Assembly (NCBI GenBank): GCA_964561465.1 | Contig: CAZLPP010000002.1 | Location: 1 to 56,696, forward strand | Direction: 5' to 3' | Source: an uncultured Dehalococcoidales bacterium | Lineage (GTDB): Bacteria > Chloroflexota > Dehalococcoidia > GIF9 > AB-539-J10 | DNA length: 56,696 bases | Shown here: in pieces, positions 1 to 8,429 of the stretch | Layout: each line of letters opens with the position of its first letter | Numbering within the stretch: position 1 is the first letter of the stretch | Program-made: the position numbers and the translations under genes | The notes under the pieces: model-generated | Databases searched by the model: none | The model's input: only the letters and a program-made list of their open reading frames with translations | What the model was told of the DNA's origin: nothing

Positions 1-1
1 C

Positions 2-403
2 GAGAGCATGATACAGCTCATCCAGATGACGTACACAGCGCGTTTCGACTTCTCGCGGGAGATGGATGTGCTCTACCGCAGGGACGACCGCGCCGTCTTC
101 GAGACGCTCGATATCTGGACCACGTGGTGGCGGGACCTGCTGCTCGTGAAGACCGGCAACCCTGAGAACGTGGTCAACGTGGACTACCTCAACGACCTGA
201 ACGAGCAGGCGAATCGCCTGGGGCTTGAGCAGATACGCGACTTCATCGGGAAGCTCACTCAGTCCAGACAGGACCTCGACCTCAACGTTATCTCCCGCCT
301 TGTCTTCGACTCTCTCATCTACGCGATTCCGCGCATCGCCAGAAGCCCGGGCCAGGACGTTGTCCCGCTCGCCGTGCTTCAGGAAGCAAGCGAGACCGAA
401 TGA
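2..403 (+). CDS. holB: DNA polymerase III delta-prime subunit, C-terminal fragment (5' end outside window)
   Basis: The ORF is open to the window edge. It shows a helical C-terminal domain pattern (W..RDLLLVKTG ... NVISRLVFDSL). holB-yaaT synteny is conserved, and the stop overlaps the next start (ATGA at 400-403). Confidence 0.55.
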   Translation, partial: ESMIQLIQMTYTARFDFSREMDVLYRRDDRAVFETLDIWTTWWRDLLLVKTGNPENVVNVDYLNDLNEQANRLGLEQIRDFIGKLTQSRQDLDLNVISRLVFDSLIYAIPRIARSPGQDVVPLAVLQEASETE

Positions 404-1368
404 ACGAAAGCGATACCGACAGACACGAAGAGCAGCCAGGCGTACACCCCGGCGACGAGCCGGGCGCCCTGCGCCCCGATTTCGCCGAGGCCGGACAGGC
501 GGGTGGCGCTCCGGGTCAGCAAGCGCTCCACGCGACAGACGACGTCTCCAGAACGGACTCGGAAGAGGCCGAAGAGGCAGGTACGCGCCAGGCACCTTCG
601 GAGGAAGCGGACTTCCCTTCCGCTGGTGGTGAAGAGGCCGCGAGCGAAGCGGCATCAGGCGAGACAGCATCGCCCGACGCAGCTCTGCCGGACGGCCGAC
701 CGTGCCCCGGTTGCCCGATGCAGGGAGACGGTGGCGGGGAGCCCGGTGCCGAAGGAAGCGAGCCGCAGCGCCCCCGTATCATGCTCGAAGCGGGAACGGA
801 CCCCGAGTCCCTCAGGGCGCTGGAGCTGTGCCGCGAGAAAGTGCAGCAGCTTCGCCTCAGGATGCATCCGCTGGCCGCCCGGTGGGATGACGACCGCCAC
901 GTGACCATCTTCTTCCGGGCGGACGACAAAGTGGACTTCCGCAAGCTTGTCCGCGAGCTGAGCTACGTCCTGCGCGCTCGCATCGAGCTGCGTCAGGTGG
1001 GTCCGCGCGAGCAGGGCAAGCTCTGCGGCCTCGTCGGCAAGTGCGGCTACCAGCTCTGCTGCCAGACCTTCCTGCCTCAGTTCGCGCAGTCGTCCATCAA
1101 GATGGCGAAGACACAGGACCTCGCCCTCAACCCCATGAAGATCTCAGGCGTGTGCGGCCGGCTGCTCTGCTGCCTCAACTACGAGCAGCAGATGTACGCG
1201 GAAGCCAAGTCCCACATGCCGCGCGTGAACCGCATCGTGGACACAGAGTTCGGGCAGGGCCGGGTTGTGGCGTTGAACGTGCTGAAGAACACCGTGACCG
1301 TGCAGTTCGAGACAGCGACTAGAGAGCTGTCTCCGGAGCAGGTTCGACTGGCCGAAGGCCAGAGCTGA
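400..1368 (+). CDS. yaaT: PSP1 C-terminal domain protein (YaaT/RicT-like) with a long acidic N-terminal extension
   Basis: PSP1 signature: VDFRKLVRELS...RIELRQVGPREQGKL.G..GKCGYQLCCQTFL...SIKMAKTQDLALNPMKISGVCGRLLCCLNYE. The start is uncertain, with internal Met candidates near 718 and 781. Confidence 0.85.
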   Translation: MNESDTDRHEEQPGVHPGDEPGALRPDFAEAGQAGGAPGQQALHATDDVSRTDSEEAEEAGTRQAPSEEADFPSAGGEEAASEAASGETASPDAALPDGRPCPGCPMQGDGGGEPGAEGSEPQRPRIMLEAGTDPESLRALELCREKVQQLRLRMHPLAARWDDDRHVTIFFRADDKVDFRKLVRELSYVLRARIELRQVGPREQGKLCGLVGKCGYQLCCQTFLPQFAQSSIKMAKTQDLALNPMKISGVCGRLLCCLNYEQQMYAEAKSHMPRVNRIVDTEFGQGRVVALNVLKNTVTVQFETATRELSPEQVRLAEGQS

Positions 1369-1879
1369 CAAGCGTCTGGTGCGGCAGGTACTTCTGCCAC
1401 TCGGAGTGCGTGCAGAAGTAGTGGTACGGCACGTGGTAGCCGTAGCTGAAGGGTCTCTTCGGGACGCTCATGAGCTTCATCCCCGCCTCTTCCGGCGTCC
1501 TTCCGCCTTTGCGCCGGTTGCACTGCTTGCATGCGCTCACCACGTTCTCCCAGGAGTGGCCGCCTCCCTGGCTGCGCGGCATGACATGGTCGAGCGTGAG
1601 GTCGCGCGTGACCCGGCCGCAGTACTGACAGGTGTAGCGGTCGCGGGTGAAGACCTCGGCCCGAGTCAGGCGCCTCTCGTGCTCTGGACGTCGCACCCTC
1701 TGTGTGAGCCGGATGACCGACGGAATGGCGAACGAGGCGGAGATGGTGTGCAGCATGCCGCGGCTGTCCTCAACCAGCTCGGCCTTGCCGCAGTACACCA
1801 GCACGATGGCGCGGCGGGTGCGGCACACGTCGTGAGGCTCGAAGCCCTGGTTGAGGACGAGAACCGGAGCGTCTACCAT
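1319..1879 (-). CDS. HNH endonuclease family protein
   Basis: HNH motif: YTCQYCGR...LTLDHVMPRSQGGGHSWENVVSACKQCNRRKG. The 3' end overlaps the convergent yaaT by 50 nt. Confidence 0.8.
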   Translation of the reverse strand: MVDAPVLVLNQGFEPHDVCRTRRAIVLVYCGKAELVEDSRGMLHTISASFAIPSVIRLTQRVRRPEHERRLTRAEVFTRDRYTCQYCGRVTRDLTLDHVMPRSQGGGHSWENVVSACKQCNRRKGGRTPEEAGMKLMSVPKRPFSYGYHVPYHYFCTHSEWQKYLPHQTLVSSGLRPVEPAPETAL

Positions 1880-1963
1880 ACGGGAGCCCTCGGGCTATTC
1901 TAGCAACCGTTCTTCGCCCCCGCAACACACGCGCCCCGTACCGGAAGGTACCGCATCGCGGGG

Positions 1964-2764
1964 TCACGGCAGCTTTGTGAGGAAGTAGGTCATGCCGCCG
2001 CTGGCGACTATCGTCTGACCCGTCACGTAGCTCGACGCATCCGAGGCGAGGAAGACCGCCAGTCGCCCGATCTCATCCGGCTCACCCCAGCGCCCGACCG
2101 GTATGATGCGGTTCTGCGCGGCCCGCAACTCGGGCTTGCTCCGGTACAGCGACTCGGGTATGGGAGTGCGCACGTGGCCCGGCGCGATGCAGTTCACCCT
2201 GATGCCGTTCTTGCCGTACTCGCTCGCCAGCGTCATGGTCATGCTGACCACACCCGCCTTTGCCGCGCCGTATGCGACGGAGGTCTCGTACGGGACAAGC
2301 GCTCCGAGCGAGGCGATGTTGACGATGCTGCCTCCGCGACCGGCCTCGAGCAGATAGCGGATGAACGCCTTGCTGCAGATGAACTGGGAAGTGAGATTCA
2401 GCCGCAGCAGCGACTCCCATTCGGCCAGCGCAAGCTCAACGATAGTCGTCTTCTTCGGCTGCGGTCCGAGGCCGCCCACGTTGTTGACGAGGATGTCGAC
2501 TCCGCCGAACTCGGCGAGCGCGGCCTCCAGCCCCGCGGCCACGCTCACCTCCGAGGTGGCATCCATGACGGCGACCATCGCCCTGCCGCCGAGCTGCCGG
2601 ACCATCGACGCCGTCTCCTCGGCCGCGTCCCGCCGGTATTCCGCCACCACGATGATTGCTCCCGCGTTCGCCATCTCCAGCGCGATGCCCCGGCCGATGC
2701 CGGAGCCGGCGCCGGTAACGATTGCCGTCCTGCCGTCGAGCCCGTAAGCAGCATCGTCACGCAA
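1964..2764 (-). CDS. SDR family oxidoreductase (FabG-like)
   Basis: Rossmann motif TGAGSGIGRGIA, NNVG, and the catalytic Y..AK motif (YGAAKAG). Confidence 0.85.
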   Translation of the reverse strand: MRDDAAYGLDGRTAIVTGAGSGIGRGIALEMANAGAIIVVAEYRRDAAEETASMVRQLGGRAMVAVMDATSEVSVAAGLEAALAEFGGVDILVNNVGGLGPQPKKTTIVELALAEWESLLRLNLTSQFICSKAFIRYLLEAGRGGSIVNIASLGALVPYETSVAYGAAKAGVVSMTMTLASEYGKNGIRVNCIAPGHVRTPIPESLYRSKPELRAAQNRIIPVGRWGEPDEIGRLAVFLASDASSYVTGQTIVASGGMTYFLTKLP

Positions 2765-2854
2765 GGAATGCCCTCCTGTGCAATACGCTGTGTCCGGCGC
2801 TCCCCTGCAGCCGGAGCGCCTGCGAGAAGCCGGGAGAGTGACCAGTATGCCACA

Positions 2855-3718
2855 TCACCGGTCGACGTAGTATGCCAGACCGAGCACGCCCGGGCCGGTA
2901 TGGATGCCCATGGCTGGTGTGAAGTCGCTGACATACAGTTCGACGCAGTTGAAAGACGACTCGACGCGCGCTCTAAGCCGCGCCGCCTCATCCGGGCAGT
3001 AGCTGTGAAAGACGATTCCGTGGAGAGGACGGGACCCGGCCCCTGCCTCAACGATCTCCAGCAGTTGACGCTCGGCGCTCGCGCGGCCGCGCGCGACGCG
3101 CACCGTCCGCGCTTCTCCGGACATCGGGGCAACGCGAAAGAGCGGGTTCACCCGCACCACCGCGTTGGCCCAGTGCAGCGCCATCGGCACGCGACCGCTT
3201 CTTGCGAGGTAATAGAGCGTCCCGAGGTAGGCGATGAGGTCGACGCGCGCCATGACGTCGCCGGCGGCACGCACCACGGCCGGCAGGTCGGCGCCCTGTT
3301 GCGCCGCCCGCGCTGCAGCCAGCACCACCAGCCCCTGCGCTCCTGCGGTCGTATGGCTGTCCAGTACCTCGATGGAGACGCCCGCCAAGTTGCGTTGCGC
3401 CGTCTCAGCCGCCGCAACGGCGGACTGGTACATGGCGCTGAACTTCCTAGTGATGGTGATGACGAGAATGGCGCTGTGCGACGCAGCCGCCCGCTGATAC
3501 GCCGCATAGTAGTCACTCGGCGTGGGTGCCGAGGTGGTCGGCAGCGTCCGCGCTTCCGGCAGGAGCCGGTAGATCTCGTCGGCAGTAATCTCGAGGCCAT
3601 CAAGATACGTCCGGCCGTCGAGAAAAAACCGCAACGGGACCGACTCGATGCCGAGGCTCGACGTCAACTCGGGCGACAGACAAACCGTGCTGTCGGTCAC
3701 CACAGCCACACCGGCCAT
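2855..3718 (-). CDS. DegV family fatty-acid-binding protein
   Basis: N-terminus VAVVTDSTVCLSPEL...VPL.F.LDG..Y.D, then PTTSAPTPSDY. The length and layout are typical of DegV. Confidence 0.85.
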   Translation of the reverse strand: MAGVAVVTDSTVCLSPELTSSLGIESVPLRFFLDGRTYLDGLEITADEIYRLLPEARTLPTTSAPTPSDYYAAYQRAAASHSAILVITITRKFSAMYQSAVAAAETAQRNLAGVSIEVLDSHTTAGAQGLVVLAAARAAQQGADLPAVVRAAGDVMARVDLIAYLGTLYYLARSGRVPMALHWANAVVRVNPLFRVAPMSGEARTVRVARGRASAERQLLEIVEAGAGSRPLHGIVFHSYCPDEAARLRARVESSFNCVELYVSDFTPAMGIHTGPGVLGLAYYVDR

Positions 3719-3780
3719 CCCACACCCTCCAACCTCAAGCTAGCCCGGCGCGCGGCAGGCTGTCAAGAAGAAAGCGCGAG

Positions 3781-5016
3781 TCAGCGACGCGAGGTCAGCA
3801 CGCGCTCGATGAGTTGCCGGTAGCGTTCGGCAACCGCCTCCCAGGTCCACGTGCGGCAAACGAGGTCCCGACCTTCAAGCGCCATGCGCGTGCGCAGCGC
3901 CTCGTCGTCGAGCAACTGCAACGCACGCTCAGCCATTTCCTCCGTGGAGCCGGAAAGGAAGCCGGCCTGGCGGTTCTGGAAGAGGAAGCCGTGCGCCGGG
4001 ATGTTGCTGATGACGGGCACCGCCCCGGCGGCCATGGCTTCGAGCGGCGGAATACCGAAACCTTCGAACTGCGACGCCGAGAGGTAGACGCTGCTGGCCT
4101 GCATCACCCGAACCTTGGCGTCTTCCGACAGGAAGCCGTGGAAGACGACACTGCCGCCGAGGCCGAGCGTCGCCGCCTGCCGCTCCAGTGAACGCCTCAT
4201 CGGGCCGTCGCCCACGATGTTGAGGACGGCCTCCGGGTGGTGACGGTGCACGATGTCGAAGGCGTCGACGACGCGGTCGACGCACTTCAGTCTGCGCAGT
4301 CGACCCGCGAAGGTCAGTTGAACGCCAGGCTTCGACGCGGCAAACGTGTAGCGGGTCGCATCGACGCCGTTGCCGACGCACACGATGCGGTCAGGGTCCA
4401 TGCCGCACTCGACGAGCCGGTCCTTGACCGTGGGGTTCACCACCGCGATGCCGTCCACGCAGAGCCTGCGAACGAGCATCAACTCGAGTCGCGCGGTGAG
4501 AGTCGCGGCGGACGCCTCCGAGCCGGTCGTCCGCGCGTCGTGGTAAAGATGGTGGATGACTGCGATGACGGGAGCGTGCCGCTGGTTCCGAGACAGCAGG
4601 TAGGCACCGAGGGTGCCGTTGGCGAGCAGGACCGAGGGGGCTGTGCTGCGTGTGCTCCGCACCGCACGCACGAAATTCTTTATCGCCACCGGCCCCTGCA
4701 GCAGCGTCGCGAGCCTTGGCCCGGCGATGGAAAGCTCACCAGGGTGGAGCCCGGCCGGCAGCGGCACGCCTTCCGGACACTTGATGTGTACGCCTCCGAA
4801 ATCGTATTCCCGGCCCTCACTGCTGCGCGGCACGTTCGGACATATGACGGTGACGTCGTACCGATGAGCCAGGGGCACGAAGGAATAGACGGCGTGAATG
4901 AGGCCTCCTTCGGTGAAGACGAAACCGTCCCCCGAAGGTTTCGGCCCTCCGCCGGGATTGAGGAACACGACCTTCAGTCGCGAACCCTCAGCCAACGCGC
5001 AGGAAGGATAGTACAA
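3781..5016 (-). CDS. Glycosyltransferase family 4 (GT-B fold)
   Basis: C-terminal GT1/GT4 motif: FHGF....V.......SVYLSASQFEGFGIPPLEAMAAG.PV. Confidence 0.8.
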   Translation of the reverse strand: MYYPSCALAEGSRLKVVFLNPGGGPKPSGDGFVFTEGGLIHAVYSFVPLAHRYDVTVICPNVPRSSEGREYDFGGVHIKCPEGVPLPAGLHPGELSIAGPRLATLLQGPVAIKNFVRAVRSTRSTAPSVLLANGTLGAYLLSRNQRHAPVIAVIHHLYHDARTTGSEASAATLTARLELMLVRRLCVDGIAVVNPTVKDRLVECGMDPDRIVCVGNGVDATRYTFAASKPGVQLTFAGRLRRLKCVDRVVDAFDIVHRHHPEAVLNIVGDGPMRRSLERQAATLGLGGSVVFHGFLSEDAKVRVMQASSVYLSASQFEGFGIPPLEAMAAGAVPVISNIPAHGFLFQNRQAGFLSGSTEEMAERALQLLDDEALRTRMALEGRDLVCRTWTWEAVAERYRQLIERVLTSRR

Positions 5017-5046
5017 GGGCGACTGAGAGGCAAGTAGTACAATCTA

Positions 5047-5733
5047 GTGGTGGCGCAGTGGTTCTGGGACCTGCTGAACTCGGCTGGCTCCAGCGGAGCC
5101 CTCTGGCTCTCCGTGGTCGTCGTTCTTGCACTGCTCGGCGAACTCGGTTTGCCCTTCACGTGTCCGGTGATGGAGGGGATACTCGTCTTCTACGGGTTTC
5201 TGCTCGCGCACGGCTCGCCGTTCGCCGGCGTCGCGCCATTCCTGCTAGCCGCACTTGCCGGCCGGTTTCTCGGAGCCACAACCGTCTATGGAGTGTCGGG
5301 CAGAGTGGGCATCAGCGTCCTGACGCGCTACGGCCACCGGCTGAAGCTGACACCCGAGCGAGTAGCCTTGCTGAAAGAGCGTCTCGCGTATCTCGTCGTT
5401 CCGACCATCATCCTGGCGAGGTTCACCCCCGGCTTCACGGTCTTGACGTCGTTCCTCAGTGGCGTGTCGCGAATAGACCCGAAGAGGTTCCTGGCCTGCG
5501 TCGCCGGCCAGATAGCCATCTGGGAAGGAGCTTTCATGGCGGCAGGGGCTCTGGGAGCGGCGGCTTCGCGCTCCTTCGACCCCACGGACTACCCGAGGAT
5601 CCTCGCCATCATCATCGGCACCACCATCAGCCTCAGCGCGGTGGTGGGCTACGCCGTCCTCCGAAGAGCGCTGCAGCGCACGCCGGGAGTGCGAACGGCC
5701 ACGGGCGCCACCCACGTCAGCCACGCCCGGTGA
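5047..5733 (+). CDS. DedA/SNARE-associated family membrane protein
   Basis: GTG start and multiple TM segments, with DedA-like GELGLPF.CPVMEG and ARFTPGFTVLTSFLSGV motifs. Confidence 0.7.
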   Translation: MVAQWFWDLLNSAGSSGALWLSVVVVLALLGELGLPFTCPVMEGILVFYGFLLAHGSPFAGVAPFLLAALAGRFLGATTVYGVSGRVGISVLTRYGHRLKLTPERVALLKERLAYLVVPTIILARFTPGFTVLTSFLSGVSRIDPKRFLACVAGQIAIWEGAFMAAGALGAAASRSFDPTDYPRILAIIIGTTISLSAVVGYAVLRRALQRTPGVRTATGATHVSHAR

Positions 5734-6418
5734 GCGACTCGTCGAAGAGGAGCCTCCGCAGCAGCACCGGCCCCATCCTCGCGCCAACGGCAAGGTCCGC
5801 CATCAGGCCCGCGGTCATTCTCCTCACGGCGATGAGCACGAAGACCAGCAACAGACCCAGCGTGACTCCCGGCGAGGCACTCGTGAGCCGGCAGATGAGT
5901 GGAGCGGCCGCGAACCCGAGAAGCATGCCGACCGGCAAACCGCGGGCCAGAGGATGGTCACCTCCTCCGGAGGCGCGATTGTCCGCCGACAGCGTGAAGT
6001 AGCGCGACGCGGCCCCCGCGGCGAAGAGAGCGAAGGCCGTCAGGGGCCAGTAGGTGCGATAGACGAGAAGCAGAGTGCCGAGCACACCGACTGCGACGCT
6101 GTTGCCCTTCTCCCCGTGGCCGTGCACAAGTGGCCACATCTGCCCTGCGACGGCGGCCGTGCCCGATAGTGCGACGACGGCCACCGGCAGCCCGAAGCCG
6201 AAGCCGATGAGGACCGGAAAGGCCCCCTTGGCGATCTCCACAACCACTGCGACCGCCGGACGGAACCAGCCGCAGCGATGCCACAGCGCGATATGCAGAT
6301 CCGGCTCAGCGGCAACATCTATGTCGCTCGCGGCGGCCAGCGCGGCCGTGAACGGCAGCGCGCCCAGCAGGTACCCGCCGAAGACCAGCGCCACGGCATC
6401 CATCGTCATCACACGCAC
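5717..6418 (-). CDS. PlsY-like (G3P acyltransferase family) integral membrane protein, divergent
   Basis: Polytopic membrane protein. EIAKGAFPVL and GQMWPLVHGHGEKGNSVAVG resemble PlsY motifs D..KG..PV and GH.WP.F..F.GGKGVAT. The SGNxGATN motif was not seen. Confidence 0.4.
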   Translation of the reverse strand: MRVMTMDAVALVFGGYLLGALPFTAALAAASDIDVAAEPDLHIALWHRCGWFRPAVAVVVEIAKGAFPVLIGFGFGLPVAVVALSGTAAVAGQMWPLVHGHGEKGNSVAVGVLGTLLLVYRTYWPLTAFALFAAGAASRYFTLSADNRASGGGDHPLARGLPVGMLLGFAAAPLICRLTSASPGVTLGLLLVFVLIAVRRMTAGLMADLAVGARMGPVLLRRLLFDESLTGRG

Positions 6419-6436
6419 GACATGCTGCAGACAGCG

Positions 6437-7828
6437 TCAGGCACGACCACCCGCACCGCGCTCGCATCCATCCACGTTGAAGTGGGGCGCCGTGATGTTG
6501 AAGACGGTGCCCAGACGCGGGTCCGCAAACCGCGAGCTGATGCGGGCTTCTATCTCGTCGAGTGAGAGAGAAGTGGTGACAACAAGAGGCAGGCGAGCAT
6601 TGTAGCGATGGTTGATGAGTTGAAAGAGCTTCGAACGCGCCCACGGCGACGCGGACTCCTCCCCGAAATCGTCGAGGACGAGCAGTGGGCACTGCTTCAC
6701 CTCCTCGAAGAAGCGGGCATAGGAGGCCTTGCTGTCCGGGCCGAACGTTGAGCGAAGGTAGTCGAGCAGGTCGGCAACGACCACGAAAAGCACGGGCTTG
6801 CCCTCGGCCATCAGATGGTTGACAATCGCGGCCGCAAGGTGTGTCTTGCCGCACCCGTGCACGCCCTGAAGGATGAGCCACCCATCCGGGTCGAGCGCGA
6901 AGTTGCGCGCGAGGTCGTACGCCATCCTGAGGTTCTCCTGCTGCTCGCGAGACAGCTCGACTCTCTTAAGGTCGAAGCTCTCGAAGGTCTCGGTGCGGAG
7001 CCCGTCCGGCAGCGCCGGCATCTCAAATCCCCCCGCTCGAGGCCGGCCGAAATGGAGGGTCCGGCACATCTCGCCGTCCAGCAGCCGTCCGCTGAAGCGC
7101 GCATCCATGTCCGCCGGCGCCACATCGGTGGCGATGACGGTCGGCAGCTTCAGGCTGTAGCGATGGTTGAGGATCTGCTCCAGCTTCTGCTTCGCCCACG
7201 GCGTGGAGGCGTCCTCCATCCCGAAGTCATCCAGCACGAGCAACCCCGTGTTCTTAACCTGCTCGAACAGCTCGTCGTAGCTGACCTCGCTTGAAGGGCT
7301 GAAGGCGCTCCTCAGGTGGTCGAGAAGATCGGCCGTGCACACGTAGAAGACCTGCTGTCCGGCGCCGAGCCGGTGATTGGCCACGGCACAGGAGAGGTGC
7401 GTCTTGCCGCTCCCCAGAGGTCCCACAAGCAAGAGCCATCCCGAGGGCTGCGCCGCGAACTCCAGAGCGGCGTCATACGCAGCGGCAAAGCCGGGGACGG
7501 TCCCCGTGCGACCATCCCGCCGCAACGTCTCAAAGGTGTAGTGAGCGAGGTGGCCGAGATTGCTGTACCGCTCGAGCACTCCCCGGCGCTCACGCGCCAG
7601 CTCGGGCTCGCGGCACTGGCAGGGCACGACCCGTGCGTAGTCAGGCATGCCCGAGGGAAGCAGCGGATGGATGAACCCGGCGCCGTGGCAAACGGAGCAC
7701 TCATCACCGCCAGCGGGTGGAGTGCCGGCTCGCTCCGTGGGGGCCTCAGCGCTTGACGATGCCTCCGAAGCGGCCCTTGACGTATTTATCGGGGTCATTC
7801 GTGCGAGCACCCGGTCGATTCTCTCCAC
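6437..7828 (-). CDS. Helicase-loader-like protein with an N-terminal Cys4 zinc ribbon and two tandem DnaC/DnaI/IstB-type AAA+ modules
   Basis: Two Walker A motifs (GPLGSGKTHL, GVHGCGKTHL), two Walker B motifs (LLVLDDFG twice) and two NHRY sensor motifs. The zinc ribbon is CSVCHG...VPCQCR. A GTG start at 7828 follows GGAAGGAAAGGA. An alternative ATG lies at 7798. Confidence 0.8.
   Translation of the reverse strand: MERIDRVLARMTPINTSRAASEASSSAEAPTERAGTPPAGGDECSVCHGAGFIHPLLPSGMPDYARVVPCQCREPELARERRGVLERYSNLGHLAHYTFETLRRDGRTGTVPGFAAAYDAALEFAAQPSGWLLLVGPLGSGKTHLSCAVANHRLGAGQQVFYVCTADLLDHLRSAFSPSSEVSYDELFEQVKNTGLLVLDDFGMEDASTPWAKQKLEQILNHRYSLKLPTVIATDVAPADMDARFSGRLLDGEMCRTLHFGRPRAGGFEMPALPDGLRTETFESFDLKRVELSREQQENLRMAYDLARNFALDPDGWLILQGVHGCGKTHLAAAIVNHLMAEGKPVLFVVVADLLDYLRSTFGPDSKASYARFFEEVKQCPLLVLDDFGEESASPWARSKLFQLINHRYNARLPLVVTTSLSLDEIEARISSRFADPRLGTVFNITAPHFNVDGCERGAGGRA
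6488..7576 (-). repeat. Internal tandem duplication of the AAA+ loader module (about 7049-7576 and 6488-7006)
   Basis: By-eye protein alignment of the two halves: TFE..(L/F)...A.D.A..FA..P.GWL.L.G..G.GKTHL..A..NH....G..V..V..ADLLD.LRS.F.P.S..SY..FE.VK...LLVLDDFG.E.AS.PWA..KL.Q..NHRY...LP.V. Confidence 0.75.
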
Positions 7829-8423
7829 TGTCCTTTCCTTCCGCCGTCCAGCGCTCCAGGATGCTGCTGATGTACCTCCAGTTCAGCTTCCTGGCCTTGA
7901 CCGCCACACGAAATGCTTCCTCTATCCACGCGGCAGGATACGTCCTCTGCGCGTCCTTCAGCTCCTCCGCCATCATAGGCGTGATGATGCCGATATTCTG
8001 CTCGTACAGCTCGAAGACGTTGGGCGCAGGGGGAGCGCCGGTGCGAGGCCCGCCGCCTGAACCAGTCTTCAGTTGTTCGATGGCGACCAGGTCAGCTTCT
8101 AGATTGGCGAAGTAGACCGTCGTCGTTCCACCACCAAGGGAAAGAGCGGTCCGGAGGAAGACCCCGCGAGACACCGCCCCTTCGATACCGGCGCCGCAGG
8201 AAACCGGTTCGATGCCGAGCAGGGAGGTCGCCTTCAGCACAAGGTCGTCGTGAGTAACGTAGGCCGGGTACTCGCGCGACCGGCTCAGAAGGTAGAACGT
8301 GAGCAAGGTCACCTTGAGCTCCGTCAGGTCATCGACCTGTCGCATCAACTGGCTGACGTACGAACCCGGCACCTGCGCGAACGCGCCCGGCTGTGCAACG
8401 GAGTACGGCACGCGACCCACCAT
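7746..8423 (-). CDS. DnaD domain (DnaB_2-type) replication initiation/primosome protein
   Basis: C-terminal DnaD-domain pattern: NVFELYEQNIGIITPMMAEELKDA...YPAAWIEEAFRVAV....NWRYISSILERW. The gene sits between dnaB and the loader. Confidence 0.7.
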   Translation of the reverse strand: MVGRVPYSVAQPGAFAQVPGSYVSQLMRQVDDLTELKVTLLTFYLLSRSREYPAYVTHDDLVLKATSLLGIEPVSCGAGIEGAVSRGVFLRTALSLGGGTTTVYFANLEADLVAIEQLKTGSGGGPRTGAPPAPNVFELYEQNIGIITPMMAEELKDAQRTYPAAWIEEAFRVAVKARKLNWRYISSILERWTAEGKDSGENRPGARTNDPDKYVKGRFGGIVKR

Positions 8424-8429
8424 ATCGAG

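Noticed and set aside
1319-1879. HNH endonuclease as part of a defence or mobile element
   Set aside because: It is a stand-alone gene between housekeeping genes. I saw no methylase, ATPase, integrase, repeats or compositional shift around it.
2174-3823. A 549-aa plus-strand ORF
   Set aside because: It is antisense to the SDR and DegV genes. Its Arg/Asp/His-rich composition has no motifs, which is typical of a high-GC shadow ORF.
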